64,000 nt of DNA from a virus (taxonomy: Duplodnaviria > Heunggongvirae > Uroviricota > Caudoviricetes): the IMG/VR virus record IMGVR_UViG_3300047281_000124; one strand, written 5' to 3'. The notes beneath the pieces are model-generated. The model did not search any database. It was given only the letters and a program-made list of their open reading frames with translations, and was not told the origin of the DNA. Both the position numbers and the translations under genes were made by a program. The first letter of the stretch is position 1, and every line of letters begins with the position of its first letter. Below, piece after piece: positions 16,298-24,704 of the stretch.

Positions 16298-16386
16298 TCT
16301 CTGGTTGACGAATTGGTAAAGTCACTATATACGCGTTAGTAAAATAGCCCAAAGCTAAAATGGTTCGAATCCATTCCAGAGAGCCA
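16298..16386 (+). tRNA. atypical type-II tRNA-like gene (89 nt); anticodon not determinable
   Basis: Perfect acceptor TCTCTGG/CCAGAGA plus G plus CCA; T arm AATGG-TTCGAAT-CCATT; variable-arm hairpin TAGC-CCAAA-GCTA. The anticodon arm folds only as a 4-bp stem with a 9-nt loop. Confidence 0.45.
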
Positions 16387-16420
16387 ATTACAGACCCCGC
16401 CTAGAGCGGGTTTAATTATT

Positions 16421-16948
16421 ATGTCTAATATTTATCTATCAAGTGACCCTCACTTTGGGCATGAAAATATACTAAAGTTCACTAAGAGTGATGGAAGTCC
16501 TCTTAGAGTATTTGAAGATGCTGTTCATATGAACGAGTACATGGTTATGCAACACAATAGAGTTGTGCAACCCAATGACAAGTGGTATTGCTTGGGTGAC
16601 TTAGCGATGCACAAAAAGTTCCTACCGATCCTAAACCGCATGAATGGAGAAAAAATCCTAATTCGCGGAAATCACGACACTGAGAGTGCCAGCGAGTATC
16701 TAAAGTATTTCAAAGATGTACGAGGCAGTCATCAGCTAGAAGGTCTGCTACTTACACACATCCCTATTCATCCTGAAAGCCTTAGCCGATGGAAAGCAAA
16801 CGTGCATGGGCATCTGCATTCTAATAGAGTAATGTTAGATGGTAAGATTGATCCTAGGTATTACTCGGTATGTATGGAACAACTCGATGACTATACTCCA
16901 GTGAGTATCGAACAGGTTAAGAAAAACATACTTGAAGCTCTTTCTTAA
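16421..16948 (+). CDS. calcineurin-like metallophosphoesterase (Ser/Thr phosphatase-like)
   Basis: The metallophosphoesterase DPHFGH, GNHD and GHLH motifs are present. Confidence 0.7.
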   Translation: MSNIYLSSDPHFGHENILKFTKSDGSPLRVFEDAVHMNEYMVMQHNRVVQPNDKWYCLGDLAMHKKFLPILNRMNGEKILIRGNHDTESASEYLKYFKDVRGSHQLEGLLLTHIPIHPESLSRWKANVHGHLHSNRVMLDGKIDPRYYSVCMEQLDDYTPVSIEQVKKNILEALS

Positions 16949-16960
16949 ATTTGTTATAAT
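16932..16960 (+). promoter_or_regulatory. promoter: TTGAAG, 17-nt spacer, TATAAT, then TTAATACTTAGAA
   Basis: Overlaps the stop codon of the upstream gene. Confidence 0.55.
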
Positions 16961-16984
16961 TAATACTTAGAAAGCAATAATACT

Positions 16985-17452
16985 ATGACTGAACAACAAG
17001 AACTTTGGCCCTTCCCGCAAGTTATGCCCGAAAAAATGGCTATCTCCCTCGAAACCTTACTTAAAGCACTAGACGACATGGAAACAAATACTAAAGCAGA
17101 ACAACGTCAACGTGACGAAGACTACCGCCTTGATCTTATGGCTAAGGCTACTATCCTAGGTGTTGGCCTTGTGCACATCTATGATACTGAGAATCACAAA
17201 GGTGGTTTGACTGTAGCCTTCCGTAAAGTTTCTCAATTCGGCTCTGGTAAGATGGTGCAGTGCGCTGTGAATACCTGCTCTAATAAAGATTCTTTTAGCA
17301 AGAAAATCGGTGCTAAAGGTGCTCTTGAGAAGTTCTTCAATGGCGAGACTATTGAGCTTCCAATCCTTGAAATTTGGCCGGAGGCTGAGCTGAACTGGGC
17401 TGTGAAAACTTCCTTTACTAATCTTTACGCTGTGCTTAGCCGCAGCTGGTAA
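16985..17452 (+). CDS. hypothetical protein
   Basis: 155-aa ORF. Confidence 0.45.
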   Translation: MTEQQELWPFPQVMPEKMAISLETLLKALDDMETNTKAEQRQRDEDYRLDLMAKATILGVGLVHIYDTENHKGGLTVAFRKVSQFGSGKMVQCAVNTCSNKDSFSKKIGAKGALEKFFNGETIELPILEIWPEAELNWAVKTSFTNLYAVLSRSW

Positions 17453-17460
17453 TTAAATTT

Positions 17461-17546
17461 GTCCCTGTGGCGTAATTGGTAGCCGCATCAGACTTAAAAT
17501 CTGAAGTCGTAATGGCGTGCCGGTTCGACTCCGGCCAGGGACACCA
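17461..17546 (+). tRNA. tRNA-Leu (anticodon TAA), type II, CCA encoded
   Basis: Acceptor GTCCCTG/CAGGGAC; anticodon arm TCAGA-CTTAAAA-TCTGA; T arm GCCGG-TTCGACT-CCGGC. Confidence 0.8.
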
Positions 17547-17553
17547 CTACATC

Positions 17554-17627
17554 GGGCCGATAGCTTAATGGTAAAGCTTCCGACTCATAATCGGCGGAGT
17601 CTTGGTTCAATTCCAAGTCGGCCCACC
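17554..17627 (+). tRNA. tRNA-Met or tRNA-Ile2 (anticodon CAT), CCA encoded
   Basis: Acceptor GGGCCGA/TCGGCCC; D arm GCTT/AAGC; anticodon loop CTCATAA; T arm CTTGG-TTCAATT-CCAAG. Confidence 0.75.
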
Positions 17628-17656
17628 ACTTTTAGCGTATTGTGTCAGCCTTTATC

Positions 17657-17750
17657 AGAGTTGACGACTTTGAGTACGCTAACTAATTGTTGTAATTCCT
17701 TCAAAATGAAGGCATCTAAGACGCGGGTTCGACTCCCGCCAGCTCCACCA
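17657..17750 (+). other. degenerate tRNA-like element or tRNA pseudogene
   Basis: Canonical T arm GCGGG-TTCGACT-CCCGC plus CAGCTCC plus A plus CCA at the 3' end. Only a 6 of 7 acceptor match is found upstream, and no clean cloverleaf forms. Confidence 0.3.
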
Positions 17751-18019
17751 AAAACACATTAAAGCTACTAGTCGCTGTGGGACACATTCCCTCTTTAAGT
17801 GTAATGTGTTTCTGATGGGGCTGACCCGGCTTTCGATTGGGTGACATAGTAGCGACGGCAACACGGTAGGCGATGACCGTTAATCAAGCAAACTAAGTAA
17901 ACGCAAACGACACACAGTTCGCATTAGCTGCCTAAACTCAGCTTAGGGTTTTGATAGGTTTTCCTCGTAACAGAATAAACCTATCCCTTATTTTTATTCC
18001 CTAAACTAAAGCAAACTAA

Positions 18020-18301
18020 ATGAAATTTCTTATCTGCCCCTCATGCCCTGAACAAATCGAAAACGGTGAGACCGAAGGGCTTTTCCAAGATGGTTATGGT
18101 ACATTCTATAACTACTCTGTCAAATTTGATGAAGACGAAATGATTACTATCACTGATTCAGTGGGTCGTTATGTTCCTCTTGATATTGTAGAAGTTGCTG
18201 GTCTTGCTAATATTCTTAATCGCATTGTGCGTTACCAGCGCGGCAAGGCTCTTGCCGAACAGTATCTCGTAGATGAGTTGGTTGATGGCGCTACGTTCTA
18301 A
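18020..18301 (+). CDS. hypothetical protein
   Basis: 93-aa ORF. Confidence 0.4.
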   Translation: MKFLICPSCPEQIENGETEGLFQDGYGTFYNYSVKFDEDEMITITDSVGRYVPLDIVEVAGLANILNRIVRYQRGKALAEQYLVDELVDGATF

Positions 18302-18542
18302 CCCAATTCCAGCGATTTTAGATCTAGTACCGTATGAAGATACAGTACTAGATGTACTACTCTGCGATCAGATGTGCAAAGTACTTATTCCTGCTGTAAA
18401 GCATAAAGTAAGTAATAGTATGTTATGCTTACTATTAGCACATCTAGCAGAGTATAAACTCATAACAATGACAGAACTAACTTGGCCTAGTACCAAGGGT
18501 AGTGTTTTAATACTTAAAAGGATTCCAGATGGCAACGTCTAA
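18273..18542 (+). CDS. hypothetical protein
   Basis: 89-aa ORF. Confidence 0.35.
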   Translation: MSWLMALRSNPIPAILDLVPYEDTVLDVLLCDQMCKVLIPAVKHKVSNSMLCLLLAHLAEYKLITMTELTWPSTKGSVLILKRIPDGNV

Positions 18543-18924
18543 AGGTGGCTCTAAAGCCAATCAAGCAGCATCATACAAAGCCAACAAGCGTTGGGAGTCT
18601 AATCGTAAGCGTCGTCTTGAGCGTACCTTGAAGGCCCAGCCTACTAACCAACAAGTCATTAATGCCTTGAAAGGTGGTATGGTTTATCGTCGTAAGACCC
18701 CGACTAATGCTACATGGTCTGCAAGCTGGATTCGTGTTGCTAAGATCATGAAGGAATTTACCGGTCGATTTGATCCAGTAATCATGGGTTCTAATATTGA
18801 TGCGGCTAAAGCGGCTCTGTCTCGCCCCGGCCCTCGGTCACAGGAAGTCAACAAGTTTAAAGCAGGCTCTGATAAGGGCTTCTTCACTCTTGAGACTCGA
18901 CTGTATAAAGGCCCTAAGGCATGA
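18529..18924 (+). CDS. basic (K/R-rich) hypothetical protein, possibly nucleic-acid binding
   Basis: KANKRWESNRKRRLERT basic N-terminus. Confidence 0.4.
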   Translation: MATSKGGSKANQAASYKANKRWESNRKRRLERTLKAQPTNQQVINALKGGMVYRRKTPTNATWSASWIRVAKIMKEFTGRFDPVIMGSNIDAAKAALSRPGPRSQEVNKFKAGSDKGFFTLETRLYKGPKA

Positions 18925-19163
18925 TTTGGTATGCCATATTCGCTCTTGCAACTGCACTAACTGCTATATATGAGATTTTATACCCAGTTATGTTGCATGA
19001 GCGTATGTCTGAGGGCACTGTAGAGAGTCAGAAGATGATATACTTTGTATTCTTCTGTATTGTACTATTAGTCGCCCCTGTAGTATTTCTTAGCTGCATT
19101 ATCCCTTCGATGGGCGAACGCTTCAGAAATTCTTTAGCTAAGGGCTTGTTCCCTAAGGAATGA
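18921..19163 (+). CDS. small membrane protein
   Basis: Two hydrophobic helices. Confidence 0.4.
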   Translation: MIWYAIFALATALTAIYEILYPVMLHERMSEGTVESQKMIYFVFFCIVLLVAPVVFLSCIIPSMGERFRNSLAKGLFPKE

Positions 19164-19255
19164 AATTTTGCAGTTGTTTTGTTCTTCAAAAGACTGTATA
19201 ATACATACTTAGACAGCGATAAAGCAGTTATTGCTTTGATTCAAGAAATATACAC

Positions 19256-19284
19256 TTGAATGATACATCAAATCGCTGTATAAT
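19256..19284 (+). promoter_or_regulatory. promoter: TTGAAT, 17-nt spacer, TATAAT, then TTAATACTTAAAC; a second promoter-like site lies about 75 nt upstream
   Basis: Member of the promoter family. Confidence 0.55.
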
Positions 19285-19313
19285 TAATACTTAAACAAGC
19301 AATATAACACATC

Positions 19314-19589
19314 ATGAATATCATTACATTTACATACACAAAAGCAGACGGCAAAGTATCTCAACGAGTTCTCGTGCCACTTATTACTCCTAATAAAATG
19401 TATGAAGGTATTGATATTTCAGAGTTGGGCGAGGTCGTAGATCAAGTTCAGTTTACATTAGATATGGAAGCTGCACGCAATAAGTATCTCGAAGAAATCG
19501 CTAAAATCGAGGCACAGTACGATGTTAAGAATCAGTACCGTCGCTTTGACCCAGCTAAAATGACAAATATTGTCGTGGATGTGATTTAA
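19314..19589 (+). CDS. hypothetical protein
   Basis: 91-aa ORF. Confidence 0.4.
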   Translation: MNIITFTYTKADGKVSQRVLVPLITPNKMYEGIDISELGEVVDQVQFTLDMEAARNKYLEEIAKIEAQYDVKNQYRRFDPAKMTNIVVDVI

Positions 19590-19622
19590 GCCTAAGGTAA
19601 GCAGGCTCTAACTGCTTCCAAG

Positions 19623-19698
19623 TGCCCTCATAGCTCATCTGGTAGAGCAACCGCCTTGTAAGCGGTAGGTGACCTGTTCAAGTCGGGTTGAGGGCACC
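19623..19698 (+). tRNA. tRNA-Thr (anticodon TGT), CCA encoded
   Basis: GCCCTCATAGCTCATCTGGTAGAGC...; anticodon arm ACCGC-CTTGTAA-GCGGT. Confidence 0.85.
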
Positions 19699-19805
19699 AT
19701 ATCTTAGCATACTATTCGCCACTTAATCAATATATGTGGAGTAGCCTGCAGCAATTACTTTCCACGGGTAATCGGGAGCACCCGACATGGGTAGTATGCT
19801 AAGAT
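19699..19805 (+). ncRNA. large structured element closed by a perfect 15-bp inverted repeat
   Basis: TATCTTAGCATACTA at 19699-19713 pairs with TAGTATGCTAAGATA at 19791-19805; internal hairpins in the 77-nt loop. Confidence 0.4.
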
Positions 19806-19964
19806 ATGGTGTTATGCGTCCTACCCCCGTAGAATAACAACTTAATTGAGAGCGAAGCTACTCTCAGCCTACTTAATATACTTAGTTAGGACAACAGGTC
19901 AAGAAAATTGAGTTTGTAATTTTTTCACATATATGTTATAATTATTTATTGATTAGGACATATT

Positions 19965-20570
19965 ATGAAAAATATATTGATGACAATTTGCCAAGAGTAC
20001 GGGTACAAAGATCCGCCCAATAAATCAGGTATTACCCTAGAGATGCTAATAGACGGAGATCTTTCAGGCAGTACTATAGCTTACGTAAGAGCCTTAACGG
20101 GTTGTGCAAAAGATGCTGTTACTCGTGCTACTAAAAATACTTTTATAGATAGACCTATATCTAATTCCAGTATACATAAGTTCTTACTAGCTAAATGGGA
20201 TTTACGAAACTGTGCTTGCTGTAATACTATAAAAGATATAGTTGAGTTTTATAGCAATAAGGATAAAGGTGACGGTATAGGTACCTCCTGTAAGGATTGT
20301 AATAAACAAGCAAGAAAAGATACCTATGCTAAAGACCCTTCTAAAGAACTTGTTGCTAATAGCATACGTAGTCACAGGGTACATTTGCATCAAACCCCTC
20401 CTTGGGCAAATTTAGATAAGATAAAAGATATTTATCTAAATAGGCCTGAAGGGTATCACGTAGATCACATAATACCCTTAAATGGCGTTAATGTTAGCGG
20501 TCTTCATGTAGAAAATAATCTACAGTACCTTACAGAGGCAGCTAACCTTAGTAAGGGTAACAAATTTTAA
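19965..20570 (+). CDS. HNH homing/nicking endonuclease (paralog 3 of 3)
   Basis: YHVDHIIPLNGVNVSGLHVENNLQYLTEAANLSKGN. Confidence 0.75.
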   Translation: MKNILMTICQEYGYKDPPNKSGITLEMLIDGDLSGSTIAYVRALTGCAKDAVTRATKNTFIDRPISNSSIHKFLLAKWDLRNCACCNTIKDIVEFYSNKDKGDGIGTSCKDCNKQARKDTYAKDPSKELVANSIRSHRVHLHQTPPWANLDKIKDIYLNRPEGYHVDHIIPLNGVNVSGLHVENNLQYLTEAANLSKGNKF

Positions 20571-20644
20571 CTGCGTTCTTCTAGTGGTTCGGAATACGGG
20601 TTTTCATCCCGTCAACAGGGGTTCGATTCCCCTACGCAGTACCA
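20570..20644 (+). tRNA. tRNA-Glu (anticodon TTC), CCA encoded
   Basis: Acceptor ACTGCGT/ACGCAGT; anticodon arm ACGGG-TTTTCAT-CCCGT; T arm AGGGG-TTCGATT-CCCCT. Confidence 0.75.
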
Positions 20645-20655
20645 AAAATATTCAT

Positions 20656-20684
20656 TTGAATATGCAATTAATTTATTGTATAAT
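20656..20684 (+). promoter_or_regulatory. promoter: ATTCATTTGAAT, 17-nt spacer, TATAAT
   Basis: Member of the promoter family. Confidence 0.6.
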
Positions 20685-20713
20685 TAATCTTTAAACAAAA
20701 CTAGGAAATCAAA

Positions 20714-21076
20714 ATGGCTTGGACTGACACAGACAAACAAAACGCAATCGACACTTACACTGCTGGTAATCCAACTCCAGAAAACTCAACTGAGTTGATT
20801 AAGCAAATTGCTGAAGATATGGAACAGTCTGCAAATGGCGTTCGTATGGTACTTGTGCAAGCGGGTGTGTACGTTAAGAAAGACGCTACAGCAACTGCTA
20901 CCAAAACTAAAACAGGCTCCGCCACTACGGGCGACAAAGCTCCTCGCGTTTCCAAAGAATCGCAGATCGCTGATCTGCGTGCTTTGATCGAAGCCAAGGG
21001 TGCTGAAATTGATGACGACGTTCTCTCAAAGCTGACTGGCAAAGCCGCAGCTTACTTTGCCAAAGTATTGGCATAA
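20714..21076 (+). CDS. hypothetical protein
   Basis: 120-aa ORF. Confidence 0.45.
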   Translation: MAWTDTDKQNAIDTYTAGNPTPENSTELIKQIAEDMEQSANGVRMVLVQAGVYVKKDATATATKTKTGSATTGDKAPRVSKESQIADLRALIEAKGAEIDDDVLSKLTGKAAAYFAKVLA

Positions 21077-21081
21077 ATAAA

Positions 21082-21106
21082 CAGGCAGCTTCGGCTGCCT
21101 TTTTCA
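21082..21106 (+). terminator. rho-independent terminator
   Basis: GGCAGC-TTCG-GCTGCC followed by TTTTTC. Confidence 0.7.
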
Positions 21107-21108
21107 TT

Positions 21109-21348
21109 ATGAACTTCTGTAAAAATTGTAAACATTTTACCAGTAACTATAACTATGCTAGTACGGAAAGATGTAAAAAGCATATTCTTTGTACTGAGTT
21201 AGTTAATGGTAAGCACTTATATCGCTCCTGTCATGAAGCCAGATTTCTTAGCAACTTATGCGGGTATCATGGTAAAGACTTCGACCCTAAACCAACCCTA
21301 ACCCAGCGTATAGTCCAGTTTTTTAAACCTGCGCCAAACTCCAAATAA
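21109..21348 (+). CDS. Cys/His-rich small protein
   Basis: CKNCKH...C..H..C...C.YH. Confidence 0.4.
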   Translation: MNFCKNCKHFTSNYNYASTERCKKHILCTELVNGKHLYRSCHEARFLSNLCGYHGKDFDPKPTLTQRIVQFFKPAPNSK

Positions 21349-21354
21349 TACACC

Positions 21355-21618
21355 ATGTTTATTGTATATTCCAAACCCAATTGCCCTTTCTGCGTTCAAG
21401 CTAAGGGCTTACTAAAGTTCCATGGCAAAGAGTACTTTGAACTCATGCTAGATCTCGGACAGAAAAAAGACGAGAACTTTAACTATGTGCTACTAAAAGA
21501 CCTGGAAGCATTCTTACCAGGCGTTAAGTCTGTACCTCAAATCTTTGAGAAGACCGGTACTCATATGAAACACGTTGGCGGATTTGCTGAGTTGCGTGAA
21601 TACTTGAAAAAAGACTGA
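21355..21618 (+). CDS. glutaredoxin (NrdH-like)
   Basis: CPFC active site near the N-terminus of an 87-aa protein. Confidence 0.7.
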   Translation: MFIVYSKPNCPFCVQAKGLLKFHGKEYFELMLDLGQKKDENFNYVLLKDLEAFLPGVKSVPQIFEKTGTHMKHVGGFAELREYLKKD

Positions 21619-21619
21619 C

Positions 21620-21648
21620 TTGACCCTAAGCCGTAATTATTGTATAAT
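21620..21648 (+). promoter_or_regulatory. promoter: TTGACCCTAAG variant, 17-nt spacer, TATAAT
   Basis: The same -35 variant as at 822 and 10400. Confidence 0.55.
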
Positions 21649-21670
21649 TATTACTTAAACGGAGAATACA

Positions 21671-21904
21671 ATGAATATCTATCTATTAAGCCAAGATGAC
21701 CGCCGTGGGTACGACACTTACGATTCTTGCGTAGTTTACGCAGAATCAGAAGATGCAGCTAGACTTATCATGCCTAGTAGGTATGCCGAGTTTGGTGGTG
21801 GTTCATGGGCAAGCTCCTCTGTCGGTGTAGAAGTAGACTATTTAGGAACAGACGCTAAAGCTACAAGAGCAGGACTAATTTTAGCATCATTTAACGCAGG
21901 ATAA
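21671..21904 (+). CDS. hypothetical protein
   Basis: 77-aa ORF. Confidence 0.4.
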   Translation: MNIYLLSQDDRRGYDTYDSCVVYAESEDAARLIMPSRYAEFGGGSWASSSVGVEVDYLGTDAKATRAGLILASFNAG

Positions 21905-21908
21905 TAAC

Positions 21909-22517
21909 ATGGCAACACGCGCAACAAAAGAAAATGAACTGCTAACACCGGCTAATCTCGATCGCGTGATTGCCGGATTCGAAGCTACCCCTAAGATGAC
22001 TAAGAAAGATGCGTGTGCTATTATCGGCATCGCATATAACACAACTCGTCTAGATTCCCTAATCGAGAAATATCTTGAAAAGAATGCTAGGGACGCGGCT
22101 CGCCGTGCTGCCCTTCGTGGCAAACCCGCTACCTCAGAAGAAATCACATACGTTATCCAAGAATACTTAGAAGGAGCTACAGTAGATGCTATTAGCAAAT
22201 CAACATTCCGAGGATCAACATTTATTAAAGCAATACTTGAGAAGTACTCTGTACCAGTACGACAATCAAGTGCAGACTACTTTCGACCAGAACTCATCCC
22301 TGACGGAGCAGTACGAGATAAGTTCACTGTTGGCGAAGTTGTCTACTCTGCTAGATACGATTCTATTGCGCGAATCGACACTGAGCAACTAACTAAAGAT
22401 CATGGCTGGGTCTATCGTATTTGGCTTATTGCTGATAAGTGGAAACAGTCTGCGTATCAAGAAGCTACTGAGCTTGCGTCGCTAGAGCACTTGCGTAAAC
22501 TTGGTGTTCGTATTTAA
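21909..22517 (+). CDS. hypothetical protein (possible HTH regulator)
   Basis: 202-aa ORF. Confidence 0.4.
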   Translation: MATRATKENELLTPANLDRVIAGFEATPKMTKKDACAIIGIAYNTTRLDSLIEKYLEKNARDAARRAALRGKPATSEEITYVIQEYLEGATVDAISKSTFRGSTFIKAILEKYSVPVRQSSADYFRPELIPDGAVRDKFTVGEVVYSARYDSIARIDTEQLTKDHGWVYRIWLIADKWKQSAYQEATELASLEHLRKLGVRI

Positions 22518-22889
22518 ATGATAGCATGGCCTAGTATTGCATTCGGGCCTATTAACCTATGGAGTATGCCCAGGATGGCTATGGAAGAACCCCAATCAGA
22601 TGACCTTTATGAAAAGCTCATCTATGACAATCAAGATAAATTTTATCAGCTACGTCTAGTAGTTAATGAATTTCGAGGAAAGCAGTATATCCACATTCGT
22701 AAGTATTTTATGACTTACGAAGGCGATTACCAAGCTAGTCGTGAAGGTATTTCGATGGAAGCTTCGATGAACAATATCTTTAGCCTACTAGATGGGTTGA
22801 TGGAGATTTGCTCTAAAGAAGAATCCGTCGAGACTATCAATAAGTACTTTAGCGACAAACTTTTAGACTTGCAGAAGCCTGCCCAATGA
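22518..22889 (+). CDS. hypothetical protein
   Basis: 123-aa ORF. Confidence 0.4.
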   Translation: MIAWPSIAFGPINLWSMPRMAMEEPQSDDLYEKLIYDNQDKFYQLRLVVNEFRGKQYIHIRKYFMTYEGDYQASREGISMEASMNNIFSLLDGLMEICSKEESVETINKYFSDKLLDLQKPAQ

Positions 22890-22904
22890 TGTATAATATA
22901 GACT

Positions 22905-23858
22905 ATGAACAAGATTAAACAATACCTCGATCAAGCCTCCGCATCTTACTATGCTGGAAATCCCTTCATTACTGATGAGGTCTTTGATCGTCTTGCTGAT
23001 TCAATCGGATATTCAGAGTTGGGTGCTAAGCAACATGAGAATGTCAAGAAGCACTTTAACAAAATGTTTAGTTTGCAGAAGTATTATGAAGATGAAGGTG
23101 CAGCTCCGCTGGCTGGAATCAAAGATATTACTACAACCCCTAAACTTGACGGCGCAGCCGTATCCCTTCTCTATGTAGAAGGTAACTTGGTGCAGGTTCT
23201 CACTCGTGGAGACGGCATCGAAGGCACTGATATTACTAATAAGTTTTTAGCTCGCAAAGACCTCGTGCCTACAAGCACAGACCGTCTAGGAGTTTATCAA
23301 GTTATTGGTGAGATCGTTGCTCCTAAGGATGTTCCTAATAGCCGTAACTACGCAGCAGGTTCCTTGAATCTCAAAGATGTAGAGGAGTTTAAGACTCGGG
23401 CTATTAGCTTCTATGCTTATGGTGTGTTCCCTAGCGAAAATCGTACATATACTCAAGATATGGAGATGTTAGCTGCTCAAGGGTTCGAGACTATCTATGC
23501 TAATGATTTGCATAATATCTATCCTTGTGATGGCCTTGTATTCCGTATTAATGACAATGCTCATTTTATGGAATTAGGTTTTACAGCAAAGCATCCTCGT
23601 GGTGCCTACGCTAAGAAAGATCGTCAAGAGGCTGTTGAGACAGAGTTGCTAGATGTAGAATGGCAAGTAGGCAAATCAGGAAAAGTTACTCCCGTAGCTA
23701 TCTTGAAGCCTGTTATGATTGGCGATAAGTTGGTCAGCCGAGCTACATTGAATAACCAAGGTTTCATTGAAACTCTTGGAATCTGCATCGGGGACACAGT
23801 AGCAATTGCGTTGGCAGGGATGATTATCCCTCAGGTACTTCATAAAGTAGACGCTTAA
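22905..23858 (+). CDS. NAD-dependent DNA ligase, N-terminal (adenylation) part
   Basis: KLDG adenylation lysine motif and the LigA Ia/adenylation architecture. Confidence 0.7.
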   Translation: MNKIKQYLDQASASYYAGNPFITDEVFDRLADSIGYSELGAKQHENVKKHFNKMFSLQKYYEDEGAAPLAGIKDITTTPKLDGAAVSLLYVEGNLVQVLTRGDGIEGTDITNKFLARKDLVPTSTDRLGVYQVIGEIVAPKDVPNSRNYAAGSLNLKDVEEFKTRAISFYAYGVFPSENRTYTQDMEMLAAQGFETIYANDLHNIYPCDGLVFRINDNAHFMELGFTAKHPRGAYAKKDRQEAVETELLDVEWQVGKSGKVTPVAILKPVMIGDKLVSRATLNNQGFIETLGICIGDTVAIALAGMIIPQVLHKVDA

Positions 23859-23891
23859 AATTCGCTTGCCCTCAGGATAGAAAAAATAGAC

Positions 23892-23920
23892 TTGTGCTGC
23901 GAACCCTTTTGGGTTATAAT
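23892..23920 (+). promoter_or_regulatory. promoter between the two ligase ORFs: TTGTGC, 17-nt spacer, TATAAT
   Basis: Lies in the gap at 23859-23942. Confidence 0.5.
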
Positions 23921-23942
23921 TAATACATAAACCGAAACAACT

Positions 23943-24704
23943 ATGCAAAAGATTAAAATTCCAACGACGTGCCCTTGCTGTGATTACAAACTTGAAACTG
24001 TCAACGAACAGTTGTTCTGCCGAAACACAGCTTGTACTGCTCAGTTGGGAAAGAAGTTAGAGCATTTTTGTAAAGTTTTGCAGATCAAAGGCTTTGGGCC
24101 TAAGACTATTGAGAAGCTAAATCTGGCTGACATTACCGAACTATTCTATCTTGATCGAGATTCTGTAGTGGAAGCTCTTGGAGAGAAAGTAGCAGATAAA
24201 CTCTTAGATGAAATCGAAAGAGCAAAGTCAGCAGATTTAGCAACTGTAATTGCTGCGTTTTCCATCACATTGGTGGGTGCAACAGCAGCAGGCAAGATAG
24301 CCGCAGTAGTTAGTTCAATAGAAGAAATCAATCAGGAAACTTGCAAGATAGCAGGTCTCGGAGAAAAAGTTACAGCTAATCTGTTAGAATGGATTAGCAT
24401 AGATTATCCTGAAATGAAAGAGTTCCTACCCTTTAGTTTCAAGAGTTCTAAAGTAAAGATTAGTAATCCAGATGCCAAGCGTGTCTGTATCACTGGTAAG
24501 TTAAAGTCCTTTAAGAAGAAAGCCGACGCTGAATCCTCTCTCTCAGCCGCAGGTTTCATTCTAGTAGACTCTGTAACCAAAACTACAGACTATCTGGTAG
24601 ACGAAGAAGGCAAAATGTCAAGTAAGAGAGAAAAAGCCGTATCCTACGGTATCACAATTATAACTGATCTAAATGATCTACTGAAAGAAAAACAAAATGA
24701 CTGA
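23943..24704 (+). CDS. NAD-dependent DNA ligase, C-terminal part (Zn finger, HhH, BRCT-like)
   Basis: CPCC...C..C zinc finger followed by HhH-like repeats. Confidence 0.65.
   Translation: MQKIKIPTTCPCCDYKLETVNEQLFCRNTACTAQLGKKLEHFCKVLQIKGFGPKTIEKLNLADITELFYLDRDSVVEALGEKVADKLLDEIERAKSADLATVIAAFSITLVGATAAGKIAAVVSSIEEINQETCKIAGLGEKVTANLLEWISIDYPEMKEFLPFSFKSSKVKISNPDAKRVCITGKLKSFKKKADAESSLSAAGFILVDSVTKTTDYLVDEEGKMSSKREKAVSYGITIITDLNDLLKEKQND

Noticed and set aside
17517-17864. ORFs 17517-17762 (+) and 17679-17864 (-)
   Set aside because: They lie over tRNA-Leu, tRNA-Met and the tRNA-like remnant, in non-coding tRNA-cluster sequence.
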